Part shown: positions 52,583-62,891 of the stretch, one piece after another | Numbering within the stretch: position 1 is the first letter of the stretch | Layout of the letters: each line of letters begins with the position of its first letter | IMG/VR virus record: IMGVR_UViG_3300035703_000061 | Location: 1 to 64,000 of that record | Reading direction: 5' to 3' (one strand) | Length of the DNA: 64,000 nucleotides | DNA from: a virus | Program-made: the position numbers and the translations under genes | Notes under the pieces: generated by a model | Told to the model about the DNA's origin: nothing | The model's database searches: none | What the model saw: the letters and a program-made list of their open reading frames with translations, nothing else

Positions 52583-55500
52583 ATGGCCGATCAAAGAATT
52601 ACGGAACTCGTCGAACTTCCTCAGGGAGGCGTAGCTTCTAACGACGCACTGCCTATTTCAGACGTTAGCGCCAGTCAAACTAAAAAGGTGCAAGTAAAGA
52701 GCCTGATTCAAGCAGGCTTTAACATTGCAGATGCTTCGACGCTTGATATTTCAAAGATTAACCAAGCCAGCGTTGCAAAACTCACTGGCGCATCTATTGC
52801 TACAAATACGCTCACTTATGACAAGATTCAACAAGTAGGGGCTAATAAGCTTCTTGGTCGAAGCGCGTCTACTGGCAATGTAGAAGAAATTGATTGCACT
52901 GTCTATATTCGCACGCTTCTTGATGACGCCAATGCCGCTGCTGCTCGTTCCACATTGGAACTTGGCATAGTTGCCACTGGTAATACTATTAATACCAGTC
53001 TTCTTGAAGACTTAAGCGTTACCACTGGCAAAATCAACAACTTAGCCGTTACGGCGGCAAAACTTGCCAGCGATGCAGTAGAGACTACAAAAATTCTTGA
53101 TGGAGCTGTCACTTCCGCAAAAATTCAAACCAGCGGAATCACGGGCAGTAATGTAAGCGCTGGCGCCATTGACACGGTTCATCTGGCTACTAGCGGCGTC
53201 ACGCTTATCAAGATGGCTGCCAATTCAGTTGGCACCATTCAATTAGTCGACAGCGGAATCACCCAGGCAAAGCTTGCTGCTGATGCAGTGGCAACTATTA
53301 ATCTTGTTGCCAGTGGTATTACGCAGCCCAAGCTTGCTGCGAATGCAGTTGCAACGATTAATCTTGTAGACAGCGGAGTTACCACTGCAAAGCTTGCATC
53401 TGGCGCTGTCACTATTTCAAAGCTTGGCCTTGCTTCTGGAGAGCTTTCCGGAACTGTCATCACTGCTAGTTCCATTCCTTCTGGAAGTTATGCAAGTGGT
53501 TCTGTCCTTACTGCATCTGTTGCAGACAATGCCGTCACTTTTTCCAAGATTCAGCAAGTGGCAAGTGGCGTGCTCCTTGGTCGTGCCTCTGCTGGTAGCG
53601 GCAATGTAGAAAGCATTACGCTCACAGAGGCAGGCAGGGCGCTTCTCGATGATGCCGACGCCACGGCACAGCGTGCCACGCTTGGTTTGGGCACCATGGC
53701 AGTGCAGGCAGCTTCTGGCGTGGCAATCACTGGCGGCACGGCGGTGCTCAGTAGTGGCACCATCACTTACGCCACGATCAATGGTGGCGTCATTAGTGGC
53801 ATCACTGATCTTGCCATTGCAGACGGTGGTACGGGAGCTTCCACTGCATCTGGAGCACGCACCAATCTTGGCTTGGCGATTGGCACTGATGTGCAGGCTT
53901 ATGATCCTGCTCTTGCTTCCATTGCAGGGCTGACCACTGCATCTGGTCAGTTCATTTATACCACTGCTTCTGACACGTACGCCATTGCCACGATCACTGC
54001 TGCTGGTCGCGCCATTCTTGATGATGCAGATGCGAGTGCGCAGCGTACCACGCTTGGCCTTGGCTCATTGGCCGTACAAAATACAGTGGCGAGCGGCAAT
54101 TACGATACCGGATCTATTGCCACAGCAGACATTGCGAACGGCGCAGTTACTACGGCAAAGCTTGCTGATAGTGGCGTTACCACCATCAAAATTGTCGATG
54201 CCAATATCACGGCAGACAAACTTGCTAGTAATGCCGTAACCACTGCAAAAATTATTGACAGTGGAGTTACTACTGCGAAGATTGCTGATGCAGCAGTTTC
54301 TTATAGCAAAATTCAAGCTACAAGCGTTAGTGATGTCATTCTTGGTCGCTCGTCTGCTAGCGGAGGTACTGTAGAAGAAATTGCTTGCACGTCTGCTGCT
54401 CGTTCCATTCTTGATGATGCCACTATTTCAGACATTCGTGCAACACTTGGCCTTGGCACATTAGCTATACAGAATGGTAGTTTTTCTGGCACGTCCACTG
54501 GAACAAATACTGGCGACCAGACCATCACGCTTTCTGGCGATGTCACCGGCACTGGCACTGGCGGCTTTGCCGTGACCATTGCCAATTCTGCTGTTACCAC
54601 TGCAAAAATTAACGACTCTGCTATCACTTCTGCAAAAATTGTAGACAGTGGTGTTACGTCTGCAAAGCTTGCTGATAATTCTGCTGCCATTGTTGCCGGT
54701 TCGACGCCGACAGGGGATGGCGATTTTATTGGCCAGCAATGGCTCAATACAAATACAGGCGTTGAATACACTTGGACTGGAAGCACTTGGCAGCGTCAAA
54801 GTGGACTTGCTACTACCGTTATTTCTGGCGACACTGTTTATACTTTCACCACTTCATATCCCGATCCATTTAGCGCATCCATTGTTCCTGCCTTAAACAC
54901 GCAAGTTGCTACGCGCTTCTTTGCTGGTCCAGCAAGTGGTAATGCAGATGCTGCTCCTACATTTCGCGCTATCACTGCCAGTGATCTTCCCAAGGCAACC
55001 ACTGCCGCCCTGGGCGTTGCTCAAGCTGGTACGGGCCTTGTCACTGTTAGTGGCATTTTCAATCACGCCAATAGCGTTGCATCTGGCACTTATTACAAAG
55101 TGACAGTCGATGCGGAGGGACACGTAAGCGCAGGAGAAGTAAGCCTTGTTGCGGACGATATTCCTGCTCTTCCTGCATCGAAAATTACCACTGGTACGTT
55201 CGGAAGTGGCTTCATTGCAGATGATTCGATTCTTGCTTCTAAGCTCGCAAACTATTCCGTAAGTCAATTTGGCGAAGCTCCACCAGTTGCTGATTTCATT
55301 GGACAATTCTTCTTCAATCCATTGGAGAAAGACCTCTATCTGTGGGATGGTAACGTTTGGAACCCTGTTGGCATTTCGGTGGGGGAGATTATTTTTGGCG
55401 GCACATACAATGCAAGCGGGAATGTTATTGCTAGCACTAGCAGTGATGGCGCAGCGGTTGGCTTAACCGTTGGTCAACCACTTCCTGCTCCTTCGTCTAC

Positions 55501-56503
55501 GTTCAATCGTTATTACGTGGTTGTAGCCAGTGGAGGCACTGGCACATCGCCGGCTCCCACCACTGTTCTACAGCCCCCTGATATTCTGCTTTGCAATGGC
55601 ACTGCCTGGACAGAGGTGGATGTTAGCTCCACTTATCTTTCTCAAAGTGCCGCACAGGTTTCATTTTCACCTGCAGCTAGCGTTTCCGCTGGCAATGTAC
55701 AAGCTGCCATTGAAGAGGTAAGCAATGAATGCAGAAATGTTAATAATGTAGCCAGCGGTATTCTTGCTATTGGTTATGGCGGTACCGGCTTTAATTCATA
55801 CACAAAGGGTGATCTTCTCGTTGGTAGTGGCACCACTCTTATTAAGCAAGCAGTGGGTACTAATGGTCAAGTATTGACGGCTAATTCTGCATTTGGTGGC
55901 GGTATTCACTGGACGACACCTGCAAGTGGCACAGTCCTTTCAGTGAGTGTTAATGCTCCACTCACTGTTGTTAGCGGATCGACTACGCCGGTTATTTCCA
56001 TTCCTGATGCCACGACAAGCGTGCGTGGCACTGTTCAGCTCACTGATTCCACCAGTACTACTAGCTCTACGCTTGCTGCCACTGCCACTGCAGTAAAAAG
56101 CGCTTACGACTTAGCCAATGCTGCATTGCCACGAGCTGGCGGCACAATCACTGGTGAAGTGGTAATTGGCAGCGTTGGCACATTGCTATTTGAAGGTTCC
56201 ACTGATAATGCTTTTGAAATTCAGCTTACTGCCGCTGATGCCACTTCAGACAAAATTGTTACTTTACCAGACACCACTGGCACAATTATCACTACTGGCG
56301 ACACTGGCACTGTTACCAATACGATGCTTGCTGGTAGTATCGCTGACACCAAGCTTTCTACAATTTCCACTGCCGGCAAGGTTAGCAATAGCGCCACCAC
56401 TGCTACTAGCGCCAACACCGCTAGTGCAATTGTCGCTCGCGACGCAAGTGGTAATTTCTCCGCCGGCTCTATTGATGCCACCATTGATGAAGGCACTTTC
56501 TAA
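52583..56503 (+). CDS. long tail fibre protein
   Basis: MADQRITEL N-terminus; many 10-residue VTxxKL/IxD repeats; GRxLLDD...RxTLGL knots. Confidence 0.85.
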   Translation: MADQRITELVELPQGGVASNDALPISDVSASQTKKVQVKSLIQAGFNIADASTLDISKINQASVAKLTGASIATNTLTYDKIQQVGANKLLGRSASTGNVEEIDCTVYIRTLLDDANAAAARSTLELGIVATGNTINTSLLEDLSVTTGKINNLAVTAAKLASDAVETTKILDGAVTSAKIQTSGITGSNVSAGAIDTVHLATSGVTLIKMAANSVGTIQLVDSGITQAKLAADAVATINLVASGITQPKLAANAVATINLVDSGVTTAKLASGAVTISKLGLASGELSGTVITASSIPSGSYASGSVLTASVADNAVTFSKIQQVASGVLLGRASAGSGNVESITLTEAGRALLDDADATAQRATLGLGTMAVQAASGVAITGGTAVLSSGTITYATINGGVISGITDLAIADGGTGASTASGARTNLGLAIGTDVQAYDPALASIAGLTTASGQFIYTTASDTYAIATITAAGRAILDDADASAQRTTLGLGSLAVQNTVASGNYDTGSIATADIANGAVTTAKLADSGVTTIKIVDANITADKLASNAVTTAKIIDSGVTTAKIADAAVSYSKIQATSVSDVILGRSSASGGTVEEIACTSAARSILDDATISDIRATLGLGTLAIQNGSFSGTSTGTNTGDQTITLSGDVTGTGTGGFAVTIANSAVTTAKINDSAITSAKIVDSGVTSAKLADNSAAIVAGSTPTGDGDFIGQQWLNTNTGVEYTWTGSTWQRQSGLATTVISGDTVYTFTTSYPDPFSASIVPALNTQVATRFFAGPASGNADAAPTFRAITASDLPKATTAALGVAQAGTGLVTVSGIFNHANSVASGTYYKVTVDAEGHVSAGEVSLVADDIPALPASKITTGTFGSGFIADDSILASKLANYSVSQFGEAPPVADFIGQFFFNPLEKDLYLWDGNVWNPVGISVGEIIFGGTYNASGNVIASTSSDGAAVGLTVGQPLPAPSSTFNRYYVVVASGGTGTSPAPTTVLQPPDILLCNGTAWTEVDVSSTYLSQSAAQVSFSPAASVSAGNVQAAIEEVSNECRNVNNVASGILAIGYGGTGFNSYTKGDLLVGSGTTLIKQAVGTNGQVLTANSAFGGGIHWTTPASGTVLSVSVNAPLTVVSGSTTPVISIPDATTSVRGTVQLTDSTSTTSSTLAATATAVKSAYDLANAALPRAGGTITGEVVIGSVGTLLFEGSTDNAFEIQLTAADATSDKIVTLPDTTGTIITTGDTGTVTNTMLAGSIADTKLSTISTAGKVSNSATTATSANTASAIVARDASGNFSAGSIDATIDEGTF

Positions 56504-56575
56504 TCATTAAAAAGAAAAGCCTTTTAGAATTGCGAAAGACTAATTAGTCTTCTGCAATTCCGAAAGGCTTTAATT

Positions 56576-57796
56576 ATGGCTGGTGTTCTTCAGCATCTGC
56601 GTTCATCAACGCTTAACAAGCGTCCTAATCCTGCTTCTATGGTTGATGGTCAATTGGCCATTAATTATGCAAGTGGAAGCCCTGGAGCTTTCTTCAAAGA
56701 TAGCAACGGTAATTTAGTAAAAGTGGGGCCTGTGCATGTTGGTGCAACGGCTCCGAATGTTAGTCCTGCAAGTGGCGGTACTGCTGGCAATAGCCTTGGC
56801 GAGCAATGGCTTGATACTAGTGGCGGCACTTATGTGTTTAAGATTTGGGACGGGGCTGCGTGGCGCAGTGAGGCTGGTGAATTTGTAAACACGACTGGCG
56901 ACACGATGACTGGAGCGCTGGGCATTATCGCGGGCTCAGCTTCCACGCCAGGATTATTTTTCAGTGGGGACGCAAATTCTGGACTGTATTCCCCCGGCGC
57001 AGACCAAGTAGCCATCAGCACTGGTGGCACGGGCCGAATCACTATCGATGGCAGCGGCAATGTCAACATCGACAGCAATACGCTTTACGTTGATGCCACC
57101 AATAACCGAGTAGGGATTGGCACCACTAGCCCTGCGCGGACACTTCATGTGGCAGGCTCTGCCGTTTTTGTGGACACAGTAGATACGACAGTTTGGGCTC
57201 AATTGTCTACTGGCGTGGGAGGAATAGGAACAAATAACAACTATCCGTTTGCTTTTGCGATAAATGGCACCGAACGCGCCCGCATCGACAGCTCCGGCAG
57301 GCTCCTAGTGGGCACGTCTACTGCGCGTCTATACACATCTCTCGGCTATGCACGCTTCCAGGTTGAAGGAACGGCATTCGCAGATTCTTCTATCGGCTTA
57401 ACAAATAATCAAGCAACAGTTGATGGTTCTTATCTTGTTTTTAACAAAACCAGAGGGACTTCTGTAGGCAGTGTTACGAGTGTTCAGTCTGGAGATTTAC
57501 TCGGTTCAATCTGGTTCCAGGGTTCTGATGGCACTAGCCAAGTACGTGGCGCAGTTATCGAGGCCGCTGTAGATGCGACGCCTGGCGCTAGTGACATGCC
57601 AGGCCGCCTAGTGTTCTCCGTTACTGCGGATGGCGCGTCATCACCAACTGAAGCGATGCGGATCAAAAACTCTCGCATCCTCAACTTTGCCAACACGCCC
57701 ACCTATGCTGACAACACAGCAGCCAAAGCCGGTGGATTGGTAGACGGTGACGTTTATCGCAAATCGGATGGCACTTTAATGATCGTCTACACCTGA
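56576..57796 (+). CDS. tail fibre / receptor-binding protein
   Basis: LRSS...KRP...GQLAIN N-terminus, NRVGIGTTSP, ERARIDSSGRLLVG repeats. Confidence 0.8.
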   Translation: MAGVLQHLRSSTLNKRPNPASMVDGQLAINYASGSPGAFFKDSNGNLVKVGPVHVGATAPNVSPASGGTAGNSLGEQWLDTSGGTYVFKIWDGAAWRSEAGEFVNTTGDTMTGALGIIAGSASTPGLFFSGDANSGLYSPGADQVAISTGGTGRITIDGSGNVNIDSNTLYVDATNNRVGIGTTSPARTLHVAGSAVFVDTVDTTVWAQLSTGVGGIGTNNNYPFAFAINGTERARIDSSGRLLVGTSTARLYTSLGYARFQVEGTAFADSSIGLTNNQATVDGSYLVFNKTRGTSVGSVTSVQSGDLLGSIWFQGSDGTSQVRGAVIEAAVDATPGASDMPGRLVFSVTADGASSPTEAMRIKNSRILNFANTPTYADNTAAKAGGLVDGDVYRKSDGTLMIVYT

Positions 57797-58299
57797 TGCC
57801 ATCACCTGTAAAATCACCTGATCCAAGCAAACTTTGGTGCAGCGGCTGTCAGCAGTTTTTACCGTTTGACAGCTTCTGGCCAGACAAGCACGCAGGCGCA
57901 TACCGCGTGGGTCCAGATGGTGTTCGCCGTAGCGCACGTTGTAAGGAATGCCGCAACAAGGAATACATCAAGATTGACCCACGCAAAAAGCTGTTGTACA
58001 ACGCGAACAACAGAGCAAAGGATCGAGGGCTTGACTGCGACTTGACGGTTGACGACATCGTGATTCCTGAGCTTTGTCCTGTGCTTGGCATTCCGCTTCA
58101 AGCGACGGTAGGCAAAGGCAGGGTTTCGATGAAGGACAACTGGAACGCACCAACGCTGGACCGCATTGATTCAGCAGGTGGGTACATCAAAGGAAACGTC
58201 ATGGTCATTTCGGCTAGGGCGAACTTCCTAAGAAATGACGCCACACTAGAAGAAATGCGTGCGATTCTTAGCTACATGGAGAGTCACCAGCCAAGGTGA
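57796..58299 (+). CDS. Zn-ribbon + HNH-type endonuclease
   Basis: WCSGC...CKEC; CPVLG...PTLDRID...GYIKGNV.VIS.RAN; same family as 15550-16068. Confidence 0.85.
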   Translation: MPSPVKSPDPSKLWCSGCQQFLPFDSFWPDKHAGAYRVGPDGVRRSARCKECRNKEYIKIDPRKKLLYNANNRAKDRGLDCDLTVDDIVIPELCPVLGIPLQATVGKGRVSMKDNWNAPTLDRIDSAGGYIKGNVMVISARANFLRNDATLEEMRAILSYMESHQPR

Positions 58300-58323
58300 C
58301 GAGCCCCCTTCACTTCTCGTCCT

Positions 58324-58356
58324 AGGCGGTTTCCCGAAGAAACCGTCTTTCTTTTC
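58324..58356 (+). terminator. intrinsic terminator
   Basis: AGGCGGTTTC...GAAACCGTCT followed by TTCTTTT. Confidence 0.7.
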
Positions 58357-58390
58357 ACTGTTAAACTAACAAAGACCATTCTTCTTGATC

Positions 58391-58702
58391 ATGGCAATTA
58401 CTTATACATGGGCGGTGGCCAATATGGACCGCACGCTTTCAAATGGCTATGTGGGCACTGTTCATTATACCATTTCTGCTGATGATGGCACTTATGCGAG
58501 TTCGGCCTATGGCAGTCTCGGTCTTGAAGCGCCTGACGAGGATGATGCCATTCCCTATTCCATGCTCACTCCTGAAATCGTCGTTGGCTGGGTGAAAGAA
58601 AAGTTTGGTGATGAGAAAGTGGCAGAAATTGAAGCTGCTCTCGCCGCTCAAATTGAACAACAACGCACTCCTACCACTGGCACTGGCCTTCCTTGGGCTT
58701 GA
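58391..58702 (+). CDS. tail fibre assembly/chaperone-like protein
   Basis: TYTW.VANM.R...VHY...IPY..LT.E.VVGWVK...GLPW. Confidence 0.7.
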   Translation: MAITYTWAVANMDRTLSNGYVGTVHYTISADDGTYASSAYGSLGLEAPDEDDAIPYSMLTPEIVVGWVKEKFGDEKVAEIEAALAAQIEQQRTPTTGTGLPWA

Positions 58703-58705
58703 TAA

Positions 58706-58843
58706 ATGGCAGCAAAATCAAAGATTGGCATTAGCGGCCAAAAATTGCACGAAGCTGGAAAGCCAAAACTAACTAGGCAAGGCCAGGGAAAACATAGCAA
58801 AGCCTCTCACGGCCGCAAACTTTCTCGCGGCCAAGGCAAATAA
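58706..58843 (+). CDS. small basic protein ending RGQGK (not in ORF track)
   Basis: Translated by hand: MAAKSK...KPKLTRQGQGKHSK...RGQGK*; followed by terminator 58848-58869. Confidence 0.7.
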   Translation: MAAKSKIGISGQKLHEAGKPKLTRQGQGKHSKASHGRKLSRGQGK

Positions 58844-58914
58844 TCTTAAGGAGCATTAGCTCCTTTTTTAATGGCGAGAACAAAGCTATAATGAAGCTAA
58901 TTAGCCAGTGAGCA

Positions 58915-59487
58915 ATGATTTATCCAGCCACTTATGACATAGTGGTATTGCAAAATGCCACTTGGAAAAATCAGTTTAGAGCCACTGAAAATCAGAAGCA
59001 GACAACAATTGATATTTCTGGAAGCACGTTTACTACTAGCTGCCATGGTTTTAGCGATGGTCAGAAGGTGGTATTTGCTGGAGGCGCATTGCCTTGCGGA
59101 ATGACTGATAATACTGTCTACTATGTCATTGCAAGCGGCCTAACCAATGATTCTTTCAAAGTGGCAGTTTCTTCTGGAGGAGCAAGTTTGGCTCTTCATG
59201 GCACTGCTAGTGGCACGCATTACGTGAGCACTCCCATTAATTTAAGCGGATACACTGTCGATTCTGATATTCGTGGGCTTTCTGAAAATCAATATGTTGG
59301 CACTTTCTCTCCATCGTTAATTGATGCAGCAAATGGACTATTTCAGCTTGAACTGTCTCCTGCCACCACTTCTGGCTTTGAAACCGGCCAGTTTGGTTAC
59401 GACGTGAGTCTCACTTCATCTGGAGGCGAGCGATATTATTGGCTTACTGGCAAGATGACTGTTCAAGCCACTTATTCTCGCACTTAA
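58915..59487 (+). CDS. virion structural protein (Ig-like, with inserted module)
   Basis: PATYDI...Q.AT...PINLSGYT...YDV.LT...G.R.YWL.G. Confidence 0.7.
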   Translation: MIYPATYDIVVLQNATWKNQFRATENQKQTTIDISGSTFTTSCHGFSDGQKVVFAGGALPCGMTDNTVYYVIASGLTNDSFKVAVSSGGASLALHGTASGTHYVSTPINLSGYTVDSDIRGLSENQYVGTFSPSLIDAANGLFQLELSPATTSGFETGQFGYDVSLTSSGGERYYWLTGKMTVQATYSRT

Positions 59488-59488
59488 T

Positions 59489-59680
59489 ATGGAAACCATT
59501 TCTTTAATTACAACTAGCGAACAGTCTGCTGTTTTAATTAGTGAGAGTGCCACTAGCAGTGCTATTATTATGGGAGCAAACGATTCGCCGTCTCCTTCAT
59601 TGCTAATTTCATCTGTAGGAGCACAAGGGCCTCAAGGCGACAACGACAATGCTATTGCTTATTCCATCGCTTTAGGATGA
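59489..59680 (+). CDS. small structural protein
   Basis: GAQGPQG...AIAYSIALG C-terminus. Confidence 0.65.
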   Translation: METISLITTSEQSAVLISESATSSAIIMGANDSPSPSLLISSVGAQGPQGDNDNAIAYSIALG

Positions 59681-60661
59681 ATGGCTAAATATCTTGTTTC
59701 TGGTTATACATTCTCGCCTGGCATTCCTGGCTCTGGCAGCATCACGATTAGCGGCGTTTTTCCGCTTGAGCAATTTTTGCTTGCTACAAATGTCACTGAC
59801 AATGTAGTCATTTATCAATTTAATTCGCCTGCGAAAGGCGGCAGCGTTAGTAGCGCCTCAGGCAACACAACGCTATTCCTCAATGCTGACACTAGCGGCA
59901 TGAATGCTGCAGATAAAGTGCAGCTTTTTGTTGATGATGGTGCAGATATTCAAGTGGAGATTGCCAATGCAAGTGTAGAAATTAGCAATGATAGTGGCAA
60001 TCCAGTGCCTGCGAGCATTGCAAGCTTGCCGCTTCCTTCTGGAGCCGCTACTGCTGCTAATCAGGCTAGTGGTAATTCTTCGCTTAGTAGTATTGACACA
60101 AAAACGCCATCCCTGCAATCTGGTGCTGTTCCCATTGGAGACAATGGAAGTAGTTTAACGGTAGATGGTCGAGCCTATAGCAGTTCGGTAAACTTTAATC
60201 GTCCCGGCAATGCGTCTGGATATACAGCCGGCGATGTTATTGGCGTGACAAGTGGAGGAGCAGCAGGAAGCGCCATTCATACTTTCGCTTCTATTGGTCC
60301 TAGCAATGGCTATGTGATGCTTCAATCTGTTGAAATGTTTATTGATGCAAGCGCTGTGCCAACTGGCATGGGAGCATTTCGCTTGCATTTATACAATGCC
60401 TCACCAACTGCCATTCTTGATAATGCTGCTTTTGATTTGCAAACTGCTGATAGGACAAAATATATTGGCTATGCCGATTTAAGCACTCCTTTGGATTTTG
60501 GTTCTGTTTTGTATTCGCAGTCCGATTATTCGGGAAGACTATTGCAACTCGCCTCGGGATCTACATCACTGTTTGGTATTCTGCAAACAGTTAATGCTTA
60601 CACTCCAGCAAGTGGCACCACTCACGAGGTTAGAATAAAAACAATTGAGGCAGGCCTGTAA
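59681..60661 (+). CDS. structural/fibre protein
   Basis: YTF.P...LLATNVTDN.VIY.F N-terminus; C-terminal domain shared with the next gene. Confidence 0.75.
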   Translation: MAKYLVSGYTFSPGIPGSGSITISGVFPLEQFLLATNVTDNVVIYQFNSPAKGGSVSSASGNTTLFLNADTSGMNAADKVQLFVDDGADIQVEIANASVEISNDSGNPVPASIASLPLPSGAATAANQASGNSSLSSIDTKTPSLQSGAVPIGDNGSSLTVDGRAYSSSVNFNRPGNASGYTAGDVIGVTSGGAAGSAIHTFASIGPSNGYVMLQSVEMFIDASAVPTGMGAFRLHLYNASPTAILDNAAFDLQTADRTKYIGYADLSTPLDFGSVLYSQSDYSGRLLQLASGSTSLFGILQTVNAYTPASGTTHEVRIKTIEAGL

Positions 60662-61257
60662 TGGCACAACGCATTGTTGACAACGAGCAATACGAAGAGT
60701 TTCTTGTAAAAGCCACGGGCGATGGCCTAGAAATCAAGAACGATAATGGAGCGCCAGTATTTGTTTCGGCTGGTGCTTATGGTCCCAGTGAAGCCAATCA
60801 AACACGGCCTGCTGATACTAATGCTTATGCTGCTGGAGACGTTGTTAGCGATAGCACTAGCGCTCCGTCTCCGTTAGTTTTTGCTTCAATTGGTCCGAAT
60901 GGTGGCAGGATTGTTTTGCAATCCGCAGAGTTTAGGACTGATGTGAATAGTGTTGCAAGTGGCATGGGGGCATTCCGCTTGCATTTGTACAATGCTGCTC
61001 CTTCGGGCATTGCAGATAACGCTGCATACAATTTACCGAGTGTAGACAGAAGTAAATATGCTGGTTATATTGATTTCCCTGCTCCCATTGATTTAGGAGA
61101 TACCATTTGGAGCCAAACTGAATATATTGGACGTCAAATTAAGCTGGCATCTGGCAGTACAGCCTTGTATGGCATTCTTGAAACGAGAAATGCTTTCACT
61201 CCCACAAGCGCTAGCGCTCGTACCATTGCAATTAGTACTTTAGAGGCAGGACGCTAA
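60661..61257 (+). CDS. structural protein, paralogue of the preceding C-terminal domain
   Basis: RP....Y.AGDV...FASIGP...GMGAFRLHLYNA...LASGST.L.GIL. Confidence 0.75.
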   Translation: MAQRIVDNEQYEEFLVKATGDGLEIKNDNGAPVFVSAGAYGPSEANQTRPADTNAYAAGDVVSDSTSAPSPLVFASIGPNGGRIVLQSAEFRTDVNSVASGMGAFRLHLYNAAPSGIADNAAYNLPSVDRSKYAGYIDFPAPIDLGDTIWSQTEYIGRQIKLASGSTALYGILETRNAFTPTSASARTIAISTLEAGR

Positions 61258-62567
61258 TGTTATTTCCAGCTTCTCGCAGGCTTGCATTAAGCCCTAAGTG
61301 GACCCGCGATATTTTATGGCGGCGTGCGCGTGCAGTGCCATCGCTTGACTTGCGTTTTGCTGATAATAAGAGTCTTGTTGACGCCACCACCGGCCAGAAC
61401 CTCGTCACATTCACCCGCGCCAGTAGCGGCACCTACGTCGATAGCCAGGGTGTAATCAGAACGGCGACAGCAAACGAAGCACGGTTTGATCATGCTCCCA
61501 CCACGGGCGAGAGCTTGGGGCTGCTGGTGGAGGAGAGTAGGACAAACAACGTGTTGCAATCAGAAGACTTTGCAACAACGTGGACTACATCAAACCTTAC
61601 TGTTACCACTAACTCAGTCATTGCCCCAGACGGAACTACAACAGCAGACACGATTGCACCACCAATAGACGGCCTTACTGCTCAGCGTTTTCTACGCCAG
61701 AATCCTGCACTAACAACACAACAGGCTTATACGTTTTCTGTTTTTGTAAAAGTTGGCACCGCAACAACTAATGGAATTGCATTGTATGTTGCTGATAGCA
61801 CAGCGACCAATAACTTTAGAAGCAACTTTAATCTTTTTAACTTAACAACAAGTCCAGCGGCGTCTGGATGGGCTACTCCGACAGCAACTATCGTTCCTTA
61901 TCCAAACGGTTGGTATCGCTGTATTCTTTCTGGTGTAACTAGCACGGCACATACAGCTTTGCGTGCAGTCATCTATCTAAACTTTTTTGGTAATAGTGCT
62001 GATAGTTACGGCTCAATACACATTTGGGGCGCCCAACTAGAAGCCGGCTCCTTCCCCACCAGCTACATCCCCACCACCACAGCCGCCGCCACCCGCAGTG
62101 CAGACGTGGCCAGCATTACGGGGTCGAACTTCAGCTCCTGGTATCGGCAGGATGAGGGGACGGTGTTTGCGGAATTTACACCAAGAACATTTGCCCAAGC
62201 ATGTGGTCTTTTATCAATAGACGATGGAACAGCTTCTGAAAGATTACAGACGCGGTTAAGCACTAATGGTAACGGTGCTTTTGTTGTTGCCGATGGCGGA
62301 AGTGTTCAGGCTAACTTTACTACAGCGGCTTCCACTTCTCTTAACACAAAAGGGAAACTTGCAACATCTTTTGCTGTTAATTCATTCAAGGCGTCTCTCA
62401 ATGGCGGTTCAGTTGCATCTGATGCTTCTGGCACGCTGCCAACAGTTACACAAGCCGTCATAGGCAACGCTGTCGGTGCGTTTGTTTTCAATGGACCGCT
62501 TTCTAGGATTACATTCTGGCCAAAAGAGCTTTCTGAATCCACCCTCCAGGGTATAACCCAGCAATAA
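61257..62567 (+). CDS. fibre/spike protein with carbohydrate-binding and LamG-like domains
   Basis: PSLDLRFA, TFTRASSGTY, GLLVEESRTN, NGWYRC, WGAQLEAG.FPTSYIPT...TR.AD. Confidence 0.8.
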   Translation: MLFPASRRLALSPKWTRDILWRRARAVPSLDLRFADNKSLVDATTGQNLVTFTRASSGTYVDSQGVIRTATANEARFDHAPTTGESLGLLVEESRTNNVLQSEDFATTWTTSNLTVTTNSVIAPDGTTTADTIAPPIDGLTAQRFLRQNPALTTQQAYTFSVFVKVGTATTNGIALYVADSTATNNFRSNFNLFNLTTSPAASGWATPTATIVPYPNGWYRCILSGVTSTAHTALRAVIYLNFFGNSADSYGSIHIWGAQLEAGSFPTSYIPTTTAAATRSADVASITGSNFSSWYRQDEGTVFAEFTPRTFAQACGLLSIDDGTASERLQTRLSTNGNGAFVVADGGSVQANFTTAASTSLNTKGKLATSFAVNSFKASLNGGSVASDASGTLPTVTQAVIGNAVGAFVFNGPLSRITFWPKELSESTLQGITQQ

Positions 62568-62586
62568 CCCCTCCAAGGAATAACCA

Positions 62587-62868
62587 ATGACACACTTCAT
62601 ACGCTTCCCGGACGCTGAAACCGGCATGAAAGCCTTGGATGATGCAGGGCTACTAGATGGTGATCTGCAGTTCATTACCGCTTCCCACAACCACGCCCTG
62701 GATGTCATCGGCGAGATCCAACGTGGCGGTGAATGGGACGACGAGGGCAATGTCATCACAGCCCCCACCGTGCTTGACGGCTGGCACGTCAACTACAGCG
62801 GCGAGCTGCCGGATGGGTGGGAAGAGTTTGTGGTGGAGCCTGAAAATCCCGTAAGGGTTTGGGCGTAG
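62587..62868 (+). CDS. fibre-associated chaperone-like protein
   Basis: LDVIG.I...GWHVN...P..P.RVW. Confidence 0.75.
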   Translation: MTHFIRFPDAETGMKALDDAGLLDGDLQFITASHNHALDVIGEIQRGGEWDDEGNVITAPTVLDGWHVNYSGELPDGWEEFVVEPENPVRVWA

Positions 62869-62891
62869 AATAAAGCAAAAGCTTTATTTTC

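Noticed and set aside
52583-62868. Diversity-generating retroelement acting on fibres
   Set aside because: No reverse transcriptase and no adenine-specific template/variable repeat pair was seen.
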